Source: Spirogloea muscicola
Lineage: Eukaryota
Reading direction: 5' to 3'
Length of the DNA stretch: 64,000 nt
Assembly: GCA_009602725.1 (NCBI GenBank)
Contig: WELB01000026.1
Coordinates: 73,134 to 137,133 of the forward strand
The notes beneath the pieces are model-generated. The model was not told the DNA's origin, did no database searches, and was given only the letters and a program-made list of their open reading frames with translations. The first letter of the stretch is position 1. Every line of letters begins with the position of its first letter. A program made the position numbers and the translations under genes. Positions 25,374 to 39,100 of the stretch are shown here, one piece after another.

Positions 25374-26850
25374 CAAGTGAGAGCCCTCAGATCCATCGCC
25401 TGCCCCAACAGCTTCCGACGCTGCCTCTTGGTGAGCCCAGGAGCTGCGGTCGTGCCGGTCCCGAAGCCCAACGCCCGCTCCCGCTCGTCGGCACGAGGCT
25501 CCTCAAGTTGCTGCGTGGTGTTGTCCCACACCATGCCGGGCCCTCCATACCTGAATGCATAAGACGCCGGGTAGCTTACCAGCGTGGGCAGCGTAGCCCG
25601 TGGCTGCACCACCTTGTTGCATAGCGCGAACGGAGTAATGTCGTCCCTCTCCACTGGCTGAGGCATGCTCCGTGGGTCCAATATGTCCGCCACTAACACT
25701 CGCCCCTACACACGCAGTTAGGGTGAGTCGTCCTTGTTAGGTTCGGCTGTAGGGGGGTACAGGGACCAACCCACTACACGGCTTAGCACTAACGCATAAC
25801 GCAGCGGAAGACAGGCCCTGCGGCGCCGCCGTCCGGCGGCGACCCCACCTCCTGGGCGCGAGCCAGCAACTGGCCCCCAACGGGCGCAGCCACCGACTCC
25901 CCGCAGCGAGCCCCGCAGCAGGCTGCGGCAGCGGCTGCGGCCGCGAGCAGCGGCAAGGCTGCTCCTGTCGCCGGTCCGAACTGATGTCGGGTCTCGGCTC
26001 AAGGCTCGTAGTGCTTCCCCCGTGCCACCCCCCCTCCAGGGGTGTGAGCGGGTCGCCCCAAGGCCTGCCCTTGCGGCGGGCCCAAGGTTCCCCCCCTTGG
26101 CAGGGTTGAACCTGGCGAGGGTTAGTCCAGGACGGGCGGGAGTTGCCCTGGGCGGCCCACTGGTCCATCAAGCGGCTAGCGGTCATGTAACGCTAACAGC
26201 ACCGTGTGGCATAACCAAACGGCTGGATCGTTACAAACAGCCCGGCTGGGCGCTTGACTTACGCGGCCGCAGCTGCCACCAACTCTGGCTGCGCCAGATT
26301 GGTCCACTGCATTCGCAGCTGGTGCGCGCGGTTGCCCAGAGCAGCTGCGTCCACAGGCACGCCGCGCCCAATGCGGCTCTCCACCACCTAAAAGTCACGC
26401 CGCACATTCTCGCGGCGGTCGTCGCCTGCCGGCACGTTCTCCAACACGTATGCTAGGGGGGCCTTCTGCCCCCCCTGCAGCAGCGCCAAAACACGCTCCA
26501 GCTCCAAAAGAGCCGCGAGCGGTGGTCAGCCAACCCTCGGCCTGCAACAGCGCTGGAATGCCCTTGGCATTCCCAACCTGCAACCACCAGGTCCACCTGT
26601 CCCAACCCCCTCAGGTGGTGTGGGCCCACCAGCTGGATGTCGGCCGGCAGGGTGGTGAGGTACCCCTTGATGGCCTCCAGGGTCAACAGCTGCGGGTACT
26701 GGTCCGTCAGCCGCCGGATGTGGTGCGCTGCTGCCGCCTGCGCCACCGGATCTTGGTCGACGTACATGTACCGCTTAACGCGCACGCCGTTGGCCACCAC
26801 CTCCGCCAGCCCGGTGGCGATGCCGGCAAAGAACTCCACTAGGACGACAC
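25374..26850 (-). pseudogene. C5 cytosine DNA methyltransferase catalytic domain (DNMT3-like) within retrotransposon pol
   Basis: Motif I VLVEFFAGIATG; motif IV DLVVAGWECQGHS; RSRLFW; motif VI YVLENV; motif VIII AHQLRMQWTNL; motif IX ERERALGF; motif X RRKLLGQAMD. One frameshift near 26505, two in-frame stops, solo LTR at 25699-26235. Confidence 0.88.
25699..26235 (-). mobile_element. Solo LTR, family B, inserted in the DNMT domain (one end slightly trimmed)
   Basis: Homologous to other B LTRs; AACA on both flanks; removal restores frame KRPAGL|LVADILDP. Confidence 0.8.
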
Positions 26851-27129
26851 CACCGTCTGGGATCGCCCACTCAATGACCGTGCTATCCACCAGCAGCTCT
26901 CCGTGCAGCTGCACATCCGCCGGTGGACACGTGGGCAGCCACCAGGGCCAGCTGCTTCCACGAACGGTCTACCAGCTCTTCCACCTGCCTCGCTTGCACC
27001 ACGGGCCTATGGCCAGCGCCAGCTGCTCCCAACCGCACGGGCGCCAGTGACGTGGTTGCTGCCTTTTCCTGCGGCATGTCACACAAGTCGCTACCCACCC
27101 ATGCCGCTTCTCCTTAGCAAGCGAATGCG

Positions 27130-29680
27130 GCCCCACCAGCGACCGAAACCAATAAGGACGTTCTAACGCCTGACTGTCTGTACAGGGATCAGAACGTCAC
27201 AAGAAGGGCCCCCGTAACCGCGACTGTACTCAAACTCCCAAGCACCCCTCATCTTCAAGCAAGTCTGCTCCACCCGGCCCCAACGGGCAGTACAAGGGCG
27301 AGGGCAATTGTGAGTGCCTTTCCTTCACTCTGGTGTGGAGTCCTCAGCTGCATGACGTGCAAATGCTGTTTGAACGTGTAGGACATGCTTGTCGGCAGTC
27401 TCCTATTCCAGTAGTACGCTCCCTGCATATGCTAATGCAAGCTTTGGTGAACGGTGGTCCCCTTGTCGTCCGGGTTCCCCGCAACCAAGTGCAATCAGCT
27501 GCTCAGGTGTATCTGAAATGGGTGGACCATCATCGGGCTGACCGACCCTGTGTTTTTAATCGTGCGATGCAGGCGAGGACTGAATCAAACACCACCACCG
27601 GGCCTGTCCCTGCTCTGTCGGTACACAGCAGGCCATCCCTATATAGTACCTGGTGCTGCTGGATCACCCAGGGAAGTGCTTATTTATGTAGTTCGCCAAT
27701 ATAGTCTTGCTTCAGTTTGCGACTTAGCACTGTGTGCTTCAACGCCTAGTATGCTATTTACGGCATAACGGCTGGTCAGCCAGCCCAGATCCTTGTAGAC
27801 ACGGGTGCTTCGGTATTTTGTGTTAGTAAGACCTTTTTGTGTAACAATGGCTTGCCTGTGCAACCCGTTCATGTATTGCAAGCTACACTGGCCAATGATC
27901 AGCATATTAAAATATTGGGCCTTTGCAAAGTGCCCCTTCGCATCTAAAGCTACAGGACGGTTGTGTCTTGTCATGTCCTTGATTCGGCATCTGCCTTTAA
28001 TTTAAGTATAGGCGATGATTGGCTCTGTTCCACCGCGTCTGTGCTTGATTGTAAACAGCGCAAATGTATCGGTCGAAGTGGTATTCGTCGCTTCAAATTG
28101 CACAACGTTGACATTTCCTGTGCACCACCACCTTTGCAAGACTCTTCTCTGCGGCTTTCAGCTGTGCGGATGAAGAAGCTCCTTCGTAAGGAACCAGCTT
28201 CGGCTGCGTATCTGGGTGTTTGATGAGTGTTGAGTCTCCCCCTGACTCTGACGTGAGTATTGTGGCCTCTCGTAGTACGGCTCTTGACAACTTGTTGACA
28301 GAGTATTCGGATGTGTTCCCGGATGCACTTCCAGACGGATTGCCTCCTCATCGAGGGGTGGCTCATACAATTTCATTGGAGCCCGGCGCTGTGCCGCCGT
28401 ACCGTCCTATGTATCGACTGAGTCCTCTTGAATTTCGGAAGATGCAATCCCAAGTGACGAATTGCTCCGTAACGGCCACCTTGAGCCTTCTCAGTCCCCG
28501 TATGGTGCAGTGATTCTCTTCGTAAAGAAGAAGGATGGTAGTCTCCCGATTGCATCGATTACCGAGCCCTCAATAGCTCACTGTCAAGAACCGATAGGCG
28601 TTGCCTCGTATCGATGATCTCTTCGATCGTCTCGGGAAGCTGAGTGTTCAGCTCCCTCGACATGCAAAATGATATTTTCAAATTCGTATCCCTCCTGAGG
28701 ACGTTCCGAAGTCAGCGATTCATTCGCCGGTCGGACACTTCCAGTTCAAGGTGCTAAGTATTGGCTTGACCAACGCATTTGCCACGTTTCAGACAGTGAT
28801 AACGAAGGTCTTTGGCCCCCTTTTATATGACTTCGTGCTGGTCTACTTGGAGACGTACTGGTATTTAGTAAAACGCCTGAAGATCATGTACGCCACCTGC
28901 GGAAAGTTCTGCATTGTGCTCTGTGAAAAATTTGCATGCCAAGACCTCCAAGTGTGTATGTGTTCAACCAGCCCGGCTTGACGTACTTAGGGCATGTGGT
29001 GGGCAAAGACGGGGTGCGCGTCGACCCCAAGAAGACAGTAGTAGTCAAGGACTGGCCTGTGCCGCGGACTGTGCCGCAGTTGCGTTCCTTTTCGAGATTC
29101 GCAAACTATTTCCGAAAAGGATATGGAAGCATGGCATCTCCTCTTATTTTCGAAGCTCACTCGTAAGGACGTACCCTGGGGGTGGACGTCCGAATGCCAG
29201 AAGGCGTTCGAGGATATAAAACGGGTTCTGGTATCCTCACCCGTTTTGGCTTTGCCTCGAGAAGGCGTGCCGTATGAAGTAGTATGTGACGCCTCTTTGA
29301 TCGGCATTGGTGCCGTTCTCCTGCAGGAGGGTCATCCCGTAGCATTTGAAAGTCGCCTGCTCAGTCTTGCAGAGCGAAATCATACTACGGGTGAGCAGGA
29401 GCTCCTTGCTGTTGTGCACGCCCTCCATGTGGCGCAATGTTATCTCGAGCTTGCTGAATTTACAGTCGTAACGGATCATTGTCCGTTGACCTACTTTCAC
29501 ACACAGCAGCAATTGAGGAGGCGTCAAGCTCGGTGAGCTGAGAGCATGGCACAATTTCGATTCCAGCCGTTGTACCGCCCTGGAAGGATCGATGTGACGG
29601 ACCCGGTGAGCCGCACCATTGTAGGGGCTGCTGTGGCGCCTGTCCTGTGTGCCACACGGATACAGACTGCAGACGTGCGG
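27130..29680 (+). pseudogene. Decayed Gypsy element, plus strand: LTR A end (to 27201), protease, RT, RNase H
   Basis: ...CAGAACGTCACA LTR end; QILVDTGAS; LTEYSDVFPD...PPYRPMYRLS; VVCDASLIGIGAVL...EQELLAVV...TDHCPL. Confidence 0.8.
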
Positions 29681-31079
29681 TGTGACGGCCCTGACCCTTA
29701 ACAGCACATTCGAGGGTCAGTACGTCCTTTTTGCTTTCGGTCGCTGGGGTTTAGAGACAAACCCCCAGCACATTGAAAGCACCACGTGTGATACGCAGCG
29801 GAAGTCTCGCCCTGAGGCGCTGCCGACAGGCAGCGACTCACCTCTCAGGTACGGGCCAGCGACTGTTCCCAAAAGGAGCAGCCACAGTCTTACTCACAGA
29901 GAGCCGACGAAGGTCCGCGACGACGGGATGCGGCGACGGGCTGCAGCAGCGGGCAGCAGCAGGGCTGCGTCGGCGGGCTGCTGCAGCAGGCGGCAGCAGG
30001 CCTGCGTGGACGAGCTGCGGCAGCAGGCGGCAGCAGGGCTGCGCGCCTCCCTCTCGCGTGGGCTTCGGTGACTTGCCCTGAGGCTGGTCTCAGCTCTACT
30101 AATAGTGCTTCATGTGCCACCCTCCTCAGGGGTCTCTGGGAGGCTCGCCTCAAGGCCCACCTTCAAGTAAGCGGGCCCGACAAGGGGGAGACGATCGTGA
30201 GGGCGGCGGCGCCGCCATGCGGGGCGTGGTGCCGCCCTGCACGGCGACGCCCTGCGTGGCGCCGCCCTGTGCGGCGCGGCGCCGCCAGGCGCGTCACAGC
30301 GCCACACGCGTCACAAGCATGTCACTACGAGTCCGGCGGCACCGCCGGGTAGCTGGCGGTGCGGCGGCTATGCGCCGGCCGCATCAGTGGTGCGGCGGCG
30401 ATGCGGCGGCCCGGCGGCCATGCGGCGGCAGCTTCGGCGAGCCGCGGCGCGCTGCACGTCACTGTCTCATGTCGCCCACGTGTCGCACGCCAACGATACT
30501 GGGGCCGCGCGCCGTCACTACGCATTAGCGTTTAAACCAAGGTTAAACGGCACGTAACGGGTCGGGACGTTACGATCCTTCCCACTTAGATGTTCACATC
30601 CTCGGGAACAAGGACACAGTACGTAAGGAGAACTGGTAGATTACTTTTGACGGGTGCCTTTAAGAGTACGACGCAAAGGAGGGAGTTTCTTCTTTACAGG
30701 ATACTTGCGGAGAACAGACGGGCAATGGCCAAGATGGCACGAAGGTCCCACGTATTGTGTTCAGGTCCATAGCCTTTCCACTTTACAAGATACTCTCGGG
30801 ACTTACGTCGCCCAAGGAGTCTGTCGCAGTGAGACGAACTCCACCTCTCCTTGTCCTCGACGACAAGGGAAGGTGGGGGCGGTTGGACACAACCATCCGT
30901 ATGCAATGGTTCGAGCTGGGACACACGGAATACTTTATTTTTTCCAATGTACCGGGGTATCCAACTCATACGCAATATTGCCGACCAGGCGCACGACACA
31001 AAAGGTCCAACCCACTTTGGTAGTAATTTAGGCGTACCGCAGCCCGCATTAGAGATGCTTTGTGCTTCGGAGCACTTGA
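29681..31079 (-). mobile_element. 3' end of a chromovirus: integrase C-terminus/chromodomain, PPT, LTR A (29681-30574)
   Basis: REYLVKWKGYGPEHNTW; PPT AAGTGGGAAGGAT next to the LTR; LTR homologous to 23011-23862. Confidence 0.8.
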
Positions 31080-34000
31080 GCTTAACCAGCGGCTGCATCG
31101 TTACAGCCGCCCTGCACGGCGCGGCGCTGCCAGGCGCCTCGCGGCTCCACATGCGTCACAAGCATGTCACTTCGAGTCGGCGGCACTGGGCGGCGCAGCG
31201 GCGTTGCGCCGGCGGCGCCGCACCGGCGGTGCGGCCTCGATCGGGTGGTGATACGGCGGCTGCTCCAGCGGTCGGCGGCGATGCAGCGGCGACGAGGCGG
31301 CGGCTCCCGCGGCGCAGTGGCGGTGCGACGGCGGCACCGCTGACAAACCGCCGAGCAGCCTTTCTGCTGGCGCGCCGCGCGTCACCGTAGTGCGTCGCCC
31401 ACGTGTCAGTCGGGCGCGGGAGTCTAACGATACCTGGTCGCGCACCGTTATAACGCGTGAGCGTTTTATTCAAACTTGTACATCACGAAACGGGTGGTAC
31501 CGTATTATTTCTCCCCATCTAGATGTTCACGTCCTCGGGAACAAGGACGCAGTACGTAAGGAGAACTTGTAGATCACGTTCGATGGGTGCCTTTAAAGGT
31601 CCCTAGCCTAACCGTTTTACAAGGCACTCTCGGGACTTACGTCGCCCACGGAGTTTGTCGCGGTGAGACAAGATCTCCTCCACCTCAAAATCTTCCTTAT
31701 CCTCAACGACAAGGTGAGGTGGGGGCGGTTCAACACGACCATCCGTATGGAATATTTCGAGCTGGGACACACGGAATACTCTGTGTATTTTCCATCGTAC
31801 TGGGGTATCCAGCTCATACGCAATTTTGCCGACCGGCGGCACTGCACGAAAGGGTCCAACCCACTTTGATAGCAATTTAGGCGTACCTACAGCCCGCATG
31901 GAGAGAGGCTTTGTGCTTAGTAGCACTTGAGCACCCACGTCGAAGGATATATATCGACGATGTCGATCAGCATACGCCTTTTGCCGTTGCTGGGCAATCT
32001 CCATTGCCTAGCCCTCCGCTGAGCTTCCAGGAGGTGACCGATAATGGTTGTTGCGGCCGGCACGCGTTCCGGCCTCCCTATCTGTAAGGGTGCCCGGGGA
32101 TGCTGACCGTAAGTAAGGAAGAAAGGGGTGTTCTTGGTGGACTTATGAAAGGCATTGTTCACAGCATATTCCGCTGGAGCAAGATACTTGACGACGTCGA
32201 TCAGCACACTGCGTTCGCCGTTGCTTGGCAATCTCCAATTATTGCCTAAGCCTCCGCTGAGCTTCCAGGAGGTTGCCGGTGAAAGCTACTGCGGCCAGCA
32301 CACGTTCCGGCCTCCCCACCTGTGAAGGTGCTCGGGGATGCTGCCCGTGATCAAGTAAGAAGGGTGTGTTTCTGGTGGACTCATCGAAAGCATTGATCCT
32401 GGCGTACTCCGCTGGAGCAAGATGTTCAACCCAGTCGCTTTGGCTGGGGTTTACAAAATGCGTATCATGTCTTCCAACACCCAATTTATTCTTTCCGTCT
32501 GACCATCTGTCTGGGGATGGAAAGCCGTGGACATGGATTGCTGGGTGCCAATCAGCCTGCACACTTCTTTCCAGAAGTGCCCCGTAAAGCGGGGGTCGCG
32601 GTCAGACACGATCCGTTCGGAGAATCCGTGCAGCTCCCATACTCGGTCCACGACTTACCAGCAAATTTTTTGGCTGACGCCTTTGTGGTCGTAGAAACAA
32701 AAATGCGCCATTTACTCAGACGATCCACAAAGACGACAATGGCGTCATGTCCGTTCCGCCTCACTGGCAACCGGGTGATAAAATCCACACTTAAATCAGA
32801 CCAGTTCCTAGGCGGAATCTCCAATAATTGGGGCAACCCGGCAGGCTTATGAGAGCGTGCTTTACTGCGCTGGCAGGTGGCAGGAGTCATCACAGAAGAC
32901 TCTACGTGAACTTTCAAGTCCGGCCACCAAAGGAGAGAAGCTGAACAACTTTCTCTGTCTTTCCCATTCCCAAATGACCACTATACGGAGGCTCATGCAG
33001 TTCTTGCAAGATACTGCTGCGCCAGGCATTGCAGTCACTACAATGGTGTCACCTCGCCACCAGAAGCCTTGGCCGTTTACTAGCATGCGTGAATTGCTTT
33101 CATATGCAATACCATGGGTCTGTGCCATACCCATCACGAATACGCACATACAGCTCAGAGAGGTTGGCGGTGGACTGCCAAGCAGCTCCACGAGTAGGCC
33201 GCACGTCTGCGGTCTGAAACCTTGAAGCGTGCAAGACAGCCGCCACAGCAGCCCCTGCAATGTTGCGGCTTACCGAAACCGCAACATGTACTTCCAGAGC
33301 GGTACAATCACTGGAAACGGAATGTGGCCATGTACTTAGCTCACTGTGCTTGACGCCTGCTCAATTGCTGTCGTGTGTGAAAGTAGGTCAACGGGCAATG
33401 ACCCGATATAACCGTTGATTCAATACCCACGAGATTGCATCGCCACACGCGGATGGCGTGCACCACAGCAAGGAGCTCTTGCTCTCCCGTAGCGAGGTCA
33501 CGCTCTGCTGGACAAAGCAGGCTACCTTCGACTGCATAGGGTGACCCTCCTGCAAGAGAACGGCACCAGTGTCGATCAAAGAGGCGTTACAAAGAGGCAC
33601 GCCTTCTCGAGGCAAGGCCAAAACGGGTGGATGCACCAGGACCCGTTTTTATATCCTCAAATGCCCTCTGGCATTCGGACGTCCACACCCAGCTTACGTC
33701 CGTACGAGTGAGCTTCCTACGAGGAGGTGCCATACTTCTGTATCCTTTCAGGAACTTACGGAAGTAGTTTGCGATTCACAAAAAGAACGCAATTGTGGCA
33801 CACTCCGTGGCACATTGACTACTACAGTCGTTTACTTATTGGTGGGGTTGACGCAAACCCCGTCGTTGTTCACAACATGCCCAGATCGTTCGGATGGTCA
33901 TACACATCTTTGGCAAATGGTTGATTTGCACGCAGCAATCGCAGAACATGCTGCAAGTGCAGTACGTGATCCTCAGGCGCAATTCTGAACACCAGTCTGC

Positions 34001-34698
34001 CATTCAAGAACCAGCATAGAGTCACACAGTAGGGGCCAAAGACTTTGAGCATCACAACCTGACACGTGGCAAGTGCCATCGGTGAAAGCAAACGGAGCAT
34101 CTTGCATCCGAAGTAGCCCAGCGGCCTACGACAAGCGATCCACACGACCTTGCTCAGGTGTGAGACGAATCGGTCATGACCACTTTGCGAAGCGAGGGAG
34201 CTATACACATGAGCTTCCGCAAGACGACTCTACGGATCATCAATGCTAAGCAAAACGTTTGTTATCTTCTCTGACAGTGAGCTTGTTTAGAGCTCATACT
34301 CGACGCACATCCGATGAGTCCAGCCTTCCTCACAATGAAGAGGATGGGTGCACCGCACGACAATCTGTCAAGAGCCGCCATGTGAGAATACAACACTCCC
34401 AGCAGAGTCAGGGGGAGACTTTGTGCGCATCATCACAATGAGATACACAGCCAAAGCTGGAATCATGTGAGATACGTCTTCAATACAGCTGTTCGGCTCA
34501 GAGTGATAGGACGCTGTTCCAAAGCACTCCAATACAAGCCAACCCTTTGACATCGAAGGCGGAGACTAGCATTCACCCAGAGTACCCAAAATGCACTAGC
34601 CAGCTGAAGGCATCATATGCCGGCAGCTTACACCTCGAAGTCACAGAGATACTCAGGCACATAGCTGGGCCAATGGCGCAATCTTCACTACTCAGCAT
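31080..34698 (-). pseudogene. Decayed chromovirus pol with partial composite B/A LTR (31080-31508)
   Basis: Paralogous to 16690-20069; EDFEVEEILSHRDK; AFHPQTDGQTERIN; VDFITRLP. Confidence 0.8.
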
Positions 34699-35299
34699 GC
34701 GGGCTTACAGACAGACCACTCGAGCAGGACACAGAGCCACACCTGGTCTCGACCATACCCGATTCACGTGGCTTGATACGTAGGCACCGCAGAGAGTATA
34801 GAAGCGAAGAGAGTTCCAGGCAGCGGGTGCTGCAGGGGGCATTGACAACATTCGCCAACCCTGCCTCAGCACACCTGCTTAGCCCGTAGCCGGGATAACA
34901 TCATCAACAGCTATGGAGAGCCATGGATTTGCACTGAGAGTAGATGCTACTGATCGAGGTGCTACTGACCAGGGCCGCACACGCCTCTAGGTCAATTTGG
35001 ATGGCGGCCAGCCAAATTCCTCATCTCAATACAGTGCTAAGCATCATAGTACTTCCAGTACATCGTGGAGTGTGCCAATGCAGAAACCAGGGTGAGGGCG
35101 CACCAGCCGCCAACACCAGAGACACAACAAGGTGAGTACTACAAGTACAACAGGGTTCACCCATGCCGAGGCATCACACTGTGCCGATCTCACGACAAAG
35201 TCCACAACTTTCACGGGCACAAAGCCACAGCTAGGCCAGCTTGGGTTGAGTTGGGCTGGGCTATACCTCACCAAAGCCCAAGTTGCACAAGACTGATGG

Positions 35300-36169
35300 G
35301 TCCCGGCTAGCAGTGCTGACTAGCAGCACAGCCGATAGCTGTCACATAGGGAGCGTCCTTGTGAAACACAAGCGACGATTACCACATTGGCGAGAACGAA
35401 CATGTCGTTAGCGCCAAGCAAGGACGCAATGGCACACACGCCACTTGTCACCCACATAGAAGCCGTTGCAAATCATGATACAGCTTTGTACATACATCCA
35501 GGGGATGACACAGCTTCAAACGTGATTTTGTCAAACAAGGACAACACTGCCACGCACTGCTGGGGACCCGCCTTGAAGCGTCACACTTCATGTTTGGCGT
35601 CCATCGTAACGCATTTCATTAACAACAAACGAATCTGCCATACATACTCCTCGAAATCATTGCCCACTATGCGAATGACGTCGACCTTTTTTGCGGGCAT
35701 TGAGCTTCGCACGCACCTTTCCGTACTGGATGATGAGTGAGCAGGTGAAGAAGTCCCAAGTGATCAAACACTCTGGGGTGAGAGGACGACTTCGTGAATT
35801 TCCTAACAGTTGCGGGAGGTAAGTGAGGTAAGTGGTCGCGATTCCCACAAGGGATGGTACAGGTGCTTCACACAGCACGAACCACACGTTCCACTCACGG
35901 AGCCAGGCGGCGAGGCTGCTCTGCCCATCATACTTGGCAGGCTGGCACGGCTGGACAAGCCCAGCGCATCGCTGTGGCTTACTTTTACCTTGAGGCGGCG
36001 AATCCGCTGCTCACTCGCGCAAATACGGGCAATCAGTGTTCGCATCGCACCTCCTCGCATAACAACCCCAACACAGGGTTCACCAGCAGATCCACACTCG
36101 GGATTGCAGCCTCTACTTGCTCACTGAGGCGCTCAAGGCGCCGCGCCTCGGCGGATGTCGGGCCTTCCA
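35300..36169 (-). pseudogene. Gypsy gag remnant
   Basis: LIARICASEQRIRRL...WFVLCEAP...LVGIATTYL is homologous to gag remnants at about 15200-15350 and 42700-43000. Confidence 0.55.
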
Positions 36170-39100
36170 TGTGATGACCCTGACCCTTAAGAACACAGTC
36201 AGGGGTCAGTATGTCCTTATTGATTTCGGTCGCTGGATAAATGGAACAAACCCCGAGCACAGTGAAAGCACCAGATGTCATACACAGCGGAATTCTCGCC
36301 CTGAGGCGCTGCCGACAGGCAGCGACTCACCTCTCGGGTATGGCTTGTGGCGCCGCCATGGGTCACGGGTGTGGCGCGGCGTCACAGGCGCGCCACACGT
36401 GTCACATACACGTCATTGCGAGCACGGCGGCAGATTCAGGAATATGCCGAGAAGCTCCGCTCTGGAAGTCCAGGATTCGCCGCCTCGGCTGGAGGCGACG
36501 CGCCTGCTCGTCATATCGTCAGCAGGCGCGTAACACCCCGCGCGGCGCTCTCGCTCGTCGCACGCGCGTCGCGGGCGTCAGTCGCGTGCGCGTCAGTGGT
36601 TAGCGCTTAACTCGAAGTCAAGCGTCCCGTAACGGCGGGGACGTCAGATTCCTCCCCACTTAGATGTTCACGTCCTCGGGAACAAGGATACGAGGCCACA
36701 AACCCGAAGAGGTTAAGTTCGACAGGGCGTGTGGTACTACGACGCAGAGGGGAATGCCCTTTTGCAACATACTTACGAAGAACGGCGCGACAAAGGGCAC
36801 AATTGGCCGCCGATTTCCACGTATTGTGCTCAGGTCCAAAATTTAGCCACTTGACAAGGTACTCTCGGGACGTTTGTCGCCCACGGAGTTTGTCGCGGTG
36901 AGACAAGATCTCCTCCACCTGAACCTCTTCCTTATCCTCAACGACGAGGTGAGGTGGGGGCGGTTGAACACGACCATCTTTTGGAATGGTTCGAGCTGGG
37001 ACACATGAAATACTCTGTGTATTTTCCATCGTACTGGGGTATCCAGCTCATACGCAAATTTTATCGACCGGCGGCAATTCACGAAGAGGTCCAACCCACT
37101 TTGGTAGCAATTTAGGCGTACCTACAGCCCGCATGGAGAGATGCTTTGTGCTTAGTAGCACTTGAGCAGCCACGTCGAAGGATATATATCGACGATGTCG
37201 ATCAGCATACGCCTTTTGCCGTTGCTGGGCAATCTCCAACCATTGCCTAGCCCTCCGCTGAGGAGGTGACCGGCAATGGTTGTTGCGGCCGGCACGCGTT
37301 CCGGCCTCCCCACCTGTAAAGGTGCCCGGGGATGCTGACCGTAACTAAGGAAGAAAGGGGTGGTCTTGGTGGACTCATGATAGGCATTGTTCACAGCATA
37401 TCCCGCTGGAGCAAGATACTTATCCCAGTCAGTCTGGCTGGGGCTTACAAAATGCCATAAACATTTCCGATTCATCCTTTCTGTTTGACCATCGGTTTGG
37501 GGGTTGAATGCCTGGATAGGGATTGCTTAGTGCCAATAAGCTAGCAGACTTCACGCCAGAAGCAACCCGTGAAGCGAGGGTCGCGATCAGACACGATTCG
37601 CTCGGGCACTCCGTGCAGTTTTCATACACGGTCCACGAAGACACCAGCAAATTCCTGAGCGGACGCTGTGGTGGTCGTAGGCGCAATATGCACCATTTTA
37701 CTTAGACGATCCACGAACACGAACTTGGCATCATAGCCGTTTCGCGTCTTGGGGAGTTGGGTGATGAGATCCATACTGACATCAGACCAGTTCCGCGGAG
37801 GAGCCTCCAAATCTTGGAGCAATCCGGCAGGCTTATGAGAGCGTGCCTTACTACGCTGGCAGGTGGCGCGAGTCTTCACAAAAGACTGAACCTGGGCTTT
37901 CAAGCCGGCCCACCAAGAGAAGCTGATAACTTTCTTTGTTTTCCCCATACCCAAATGACCACTATAGGGTGGCTCATGCATCTCTTGCATGATTGTACTT
38001 CGTAGGGCATTCCATTCAGGAACTACAATGGCGTCCCCTTACCACCAGAGACACGAGTGTGCATGTATTGTTTGCATCTGGGAACTATACTCCCAAATGC
38101 TACGGAGTGACCCTCCTGCAAGAGAACAGCACCAATACGGATCAATGAGGCGTCACATATAATTTCAAATGGCACGCCTTCTCGAGGCAAGGCCAAAACG
38201 GGTGGATTGACCAGGACCCGTCCATATCCTCGAATGCCTTCTGGCACTCGGACGTCCCACCCAGGCGCGTCCTTACGAGTGAGCTTCGTAGGAGGAGATG
38301 CAATACTTCCGTATCCTTGCAGGAACTTACGAAAGTAATTCGCGAATCGCAAGAAGGAACGCAACTGTGCCACGTTCCGTGGCACCGGCCAGTCCTTTAT
38401 ACTGCAGTCTTTTTGGGGTCGATGCGAACCTCGTCTTTGCCCACCACATGCCCAAAGTATGTCAGCTCGGGCTGGTTAAAGACACACTTGGACTCTTGGC
38501 ATACAGCTTGTTTTCACGGAGCAACTGCAGCACTTGCTGCAGGTGCCCCATGATCTTCAGGCATTTTACTGAACACCAGTATGTCATCCAAGTAAATTAG
38601 TACGAAATCGTATAGTAGTAGGCCAAAGACCTTCGTCATGACAGCCTGAAATGTGGCAGGTGCGTTGGTCAAGCCAAAGGTGAGCACCTTGAATTGGAAG
38701 TGTCCAAGTGGCGTACGGAACGCCGATTTCGGTACATCCTCAGGTGTAATACGAATTTGGTGATAGCTGCTTTGCAAATCGCGGGAGCTTAACACATTAG
38801 CTCCCGCGAGACGATCGAATAGATCATCACTGCGCAGCAACGGGTACCGGATCTTGACTGTGAGCTTGTTCAGAGCTCGATAGGCGATGCACATCCGAAG
38901 ACTACCATCTTTCATTTTAACGAAGAGGATCGGTGCACTGTACGGCGACTGGAAAGGCTCGATATGCCCTTTCCTGAATTGTATGAGCCACGCCTCGGTG
39001 AGGAGGCAGACCGTCCGGAGGAACATCGGGGAACACATCCGAAACTTCTGCCAACAACTTGTCAAGAGCCGGACCATGTGAGGCCACATCACTCACTACT

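Larger units (their letters stand above)
20734..27100 (-). mobile_element. Ty3/Gypsy pol with order DNMT - RT - RNase H - integrase - PHD finger (inactivated; gag/protease not present)
   Basis: DNMT motifs (next entry); RT KRMCGDYRALN...SVLDL...MPLGLRNAP...YIDDVLVFS; RNase H LHTDWS...YEGECLCVVWAV...TDHQPL; integrase CQAC...VLTDGG...GLAERMV; C-terminal PHD. Confidence 0.9.

Noticed and set aside
25374..26850. Host DNMT gene or bacterial restriction-modification methylase
   Set aside because: Intronless, collinear with Gypsy RT, and without host regulatory domains or a partner nuclease.
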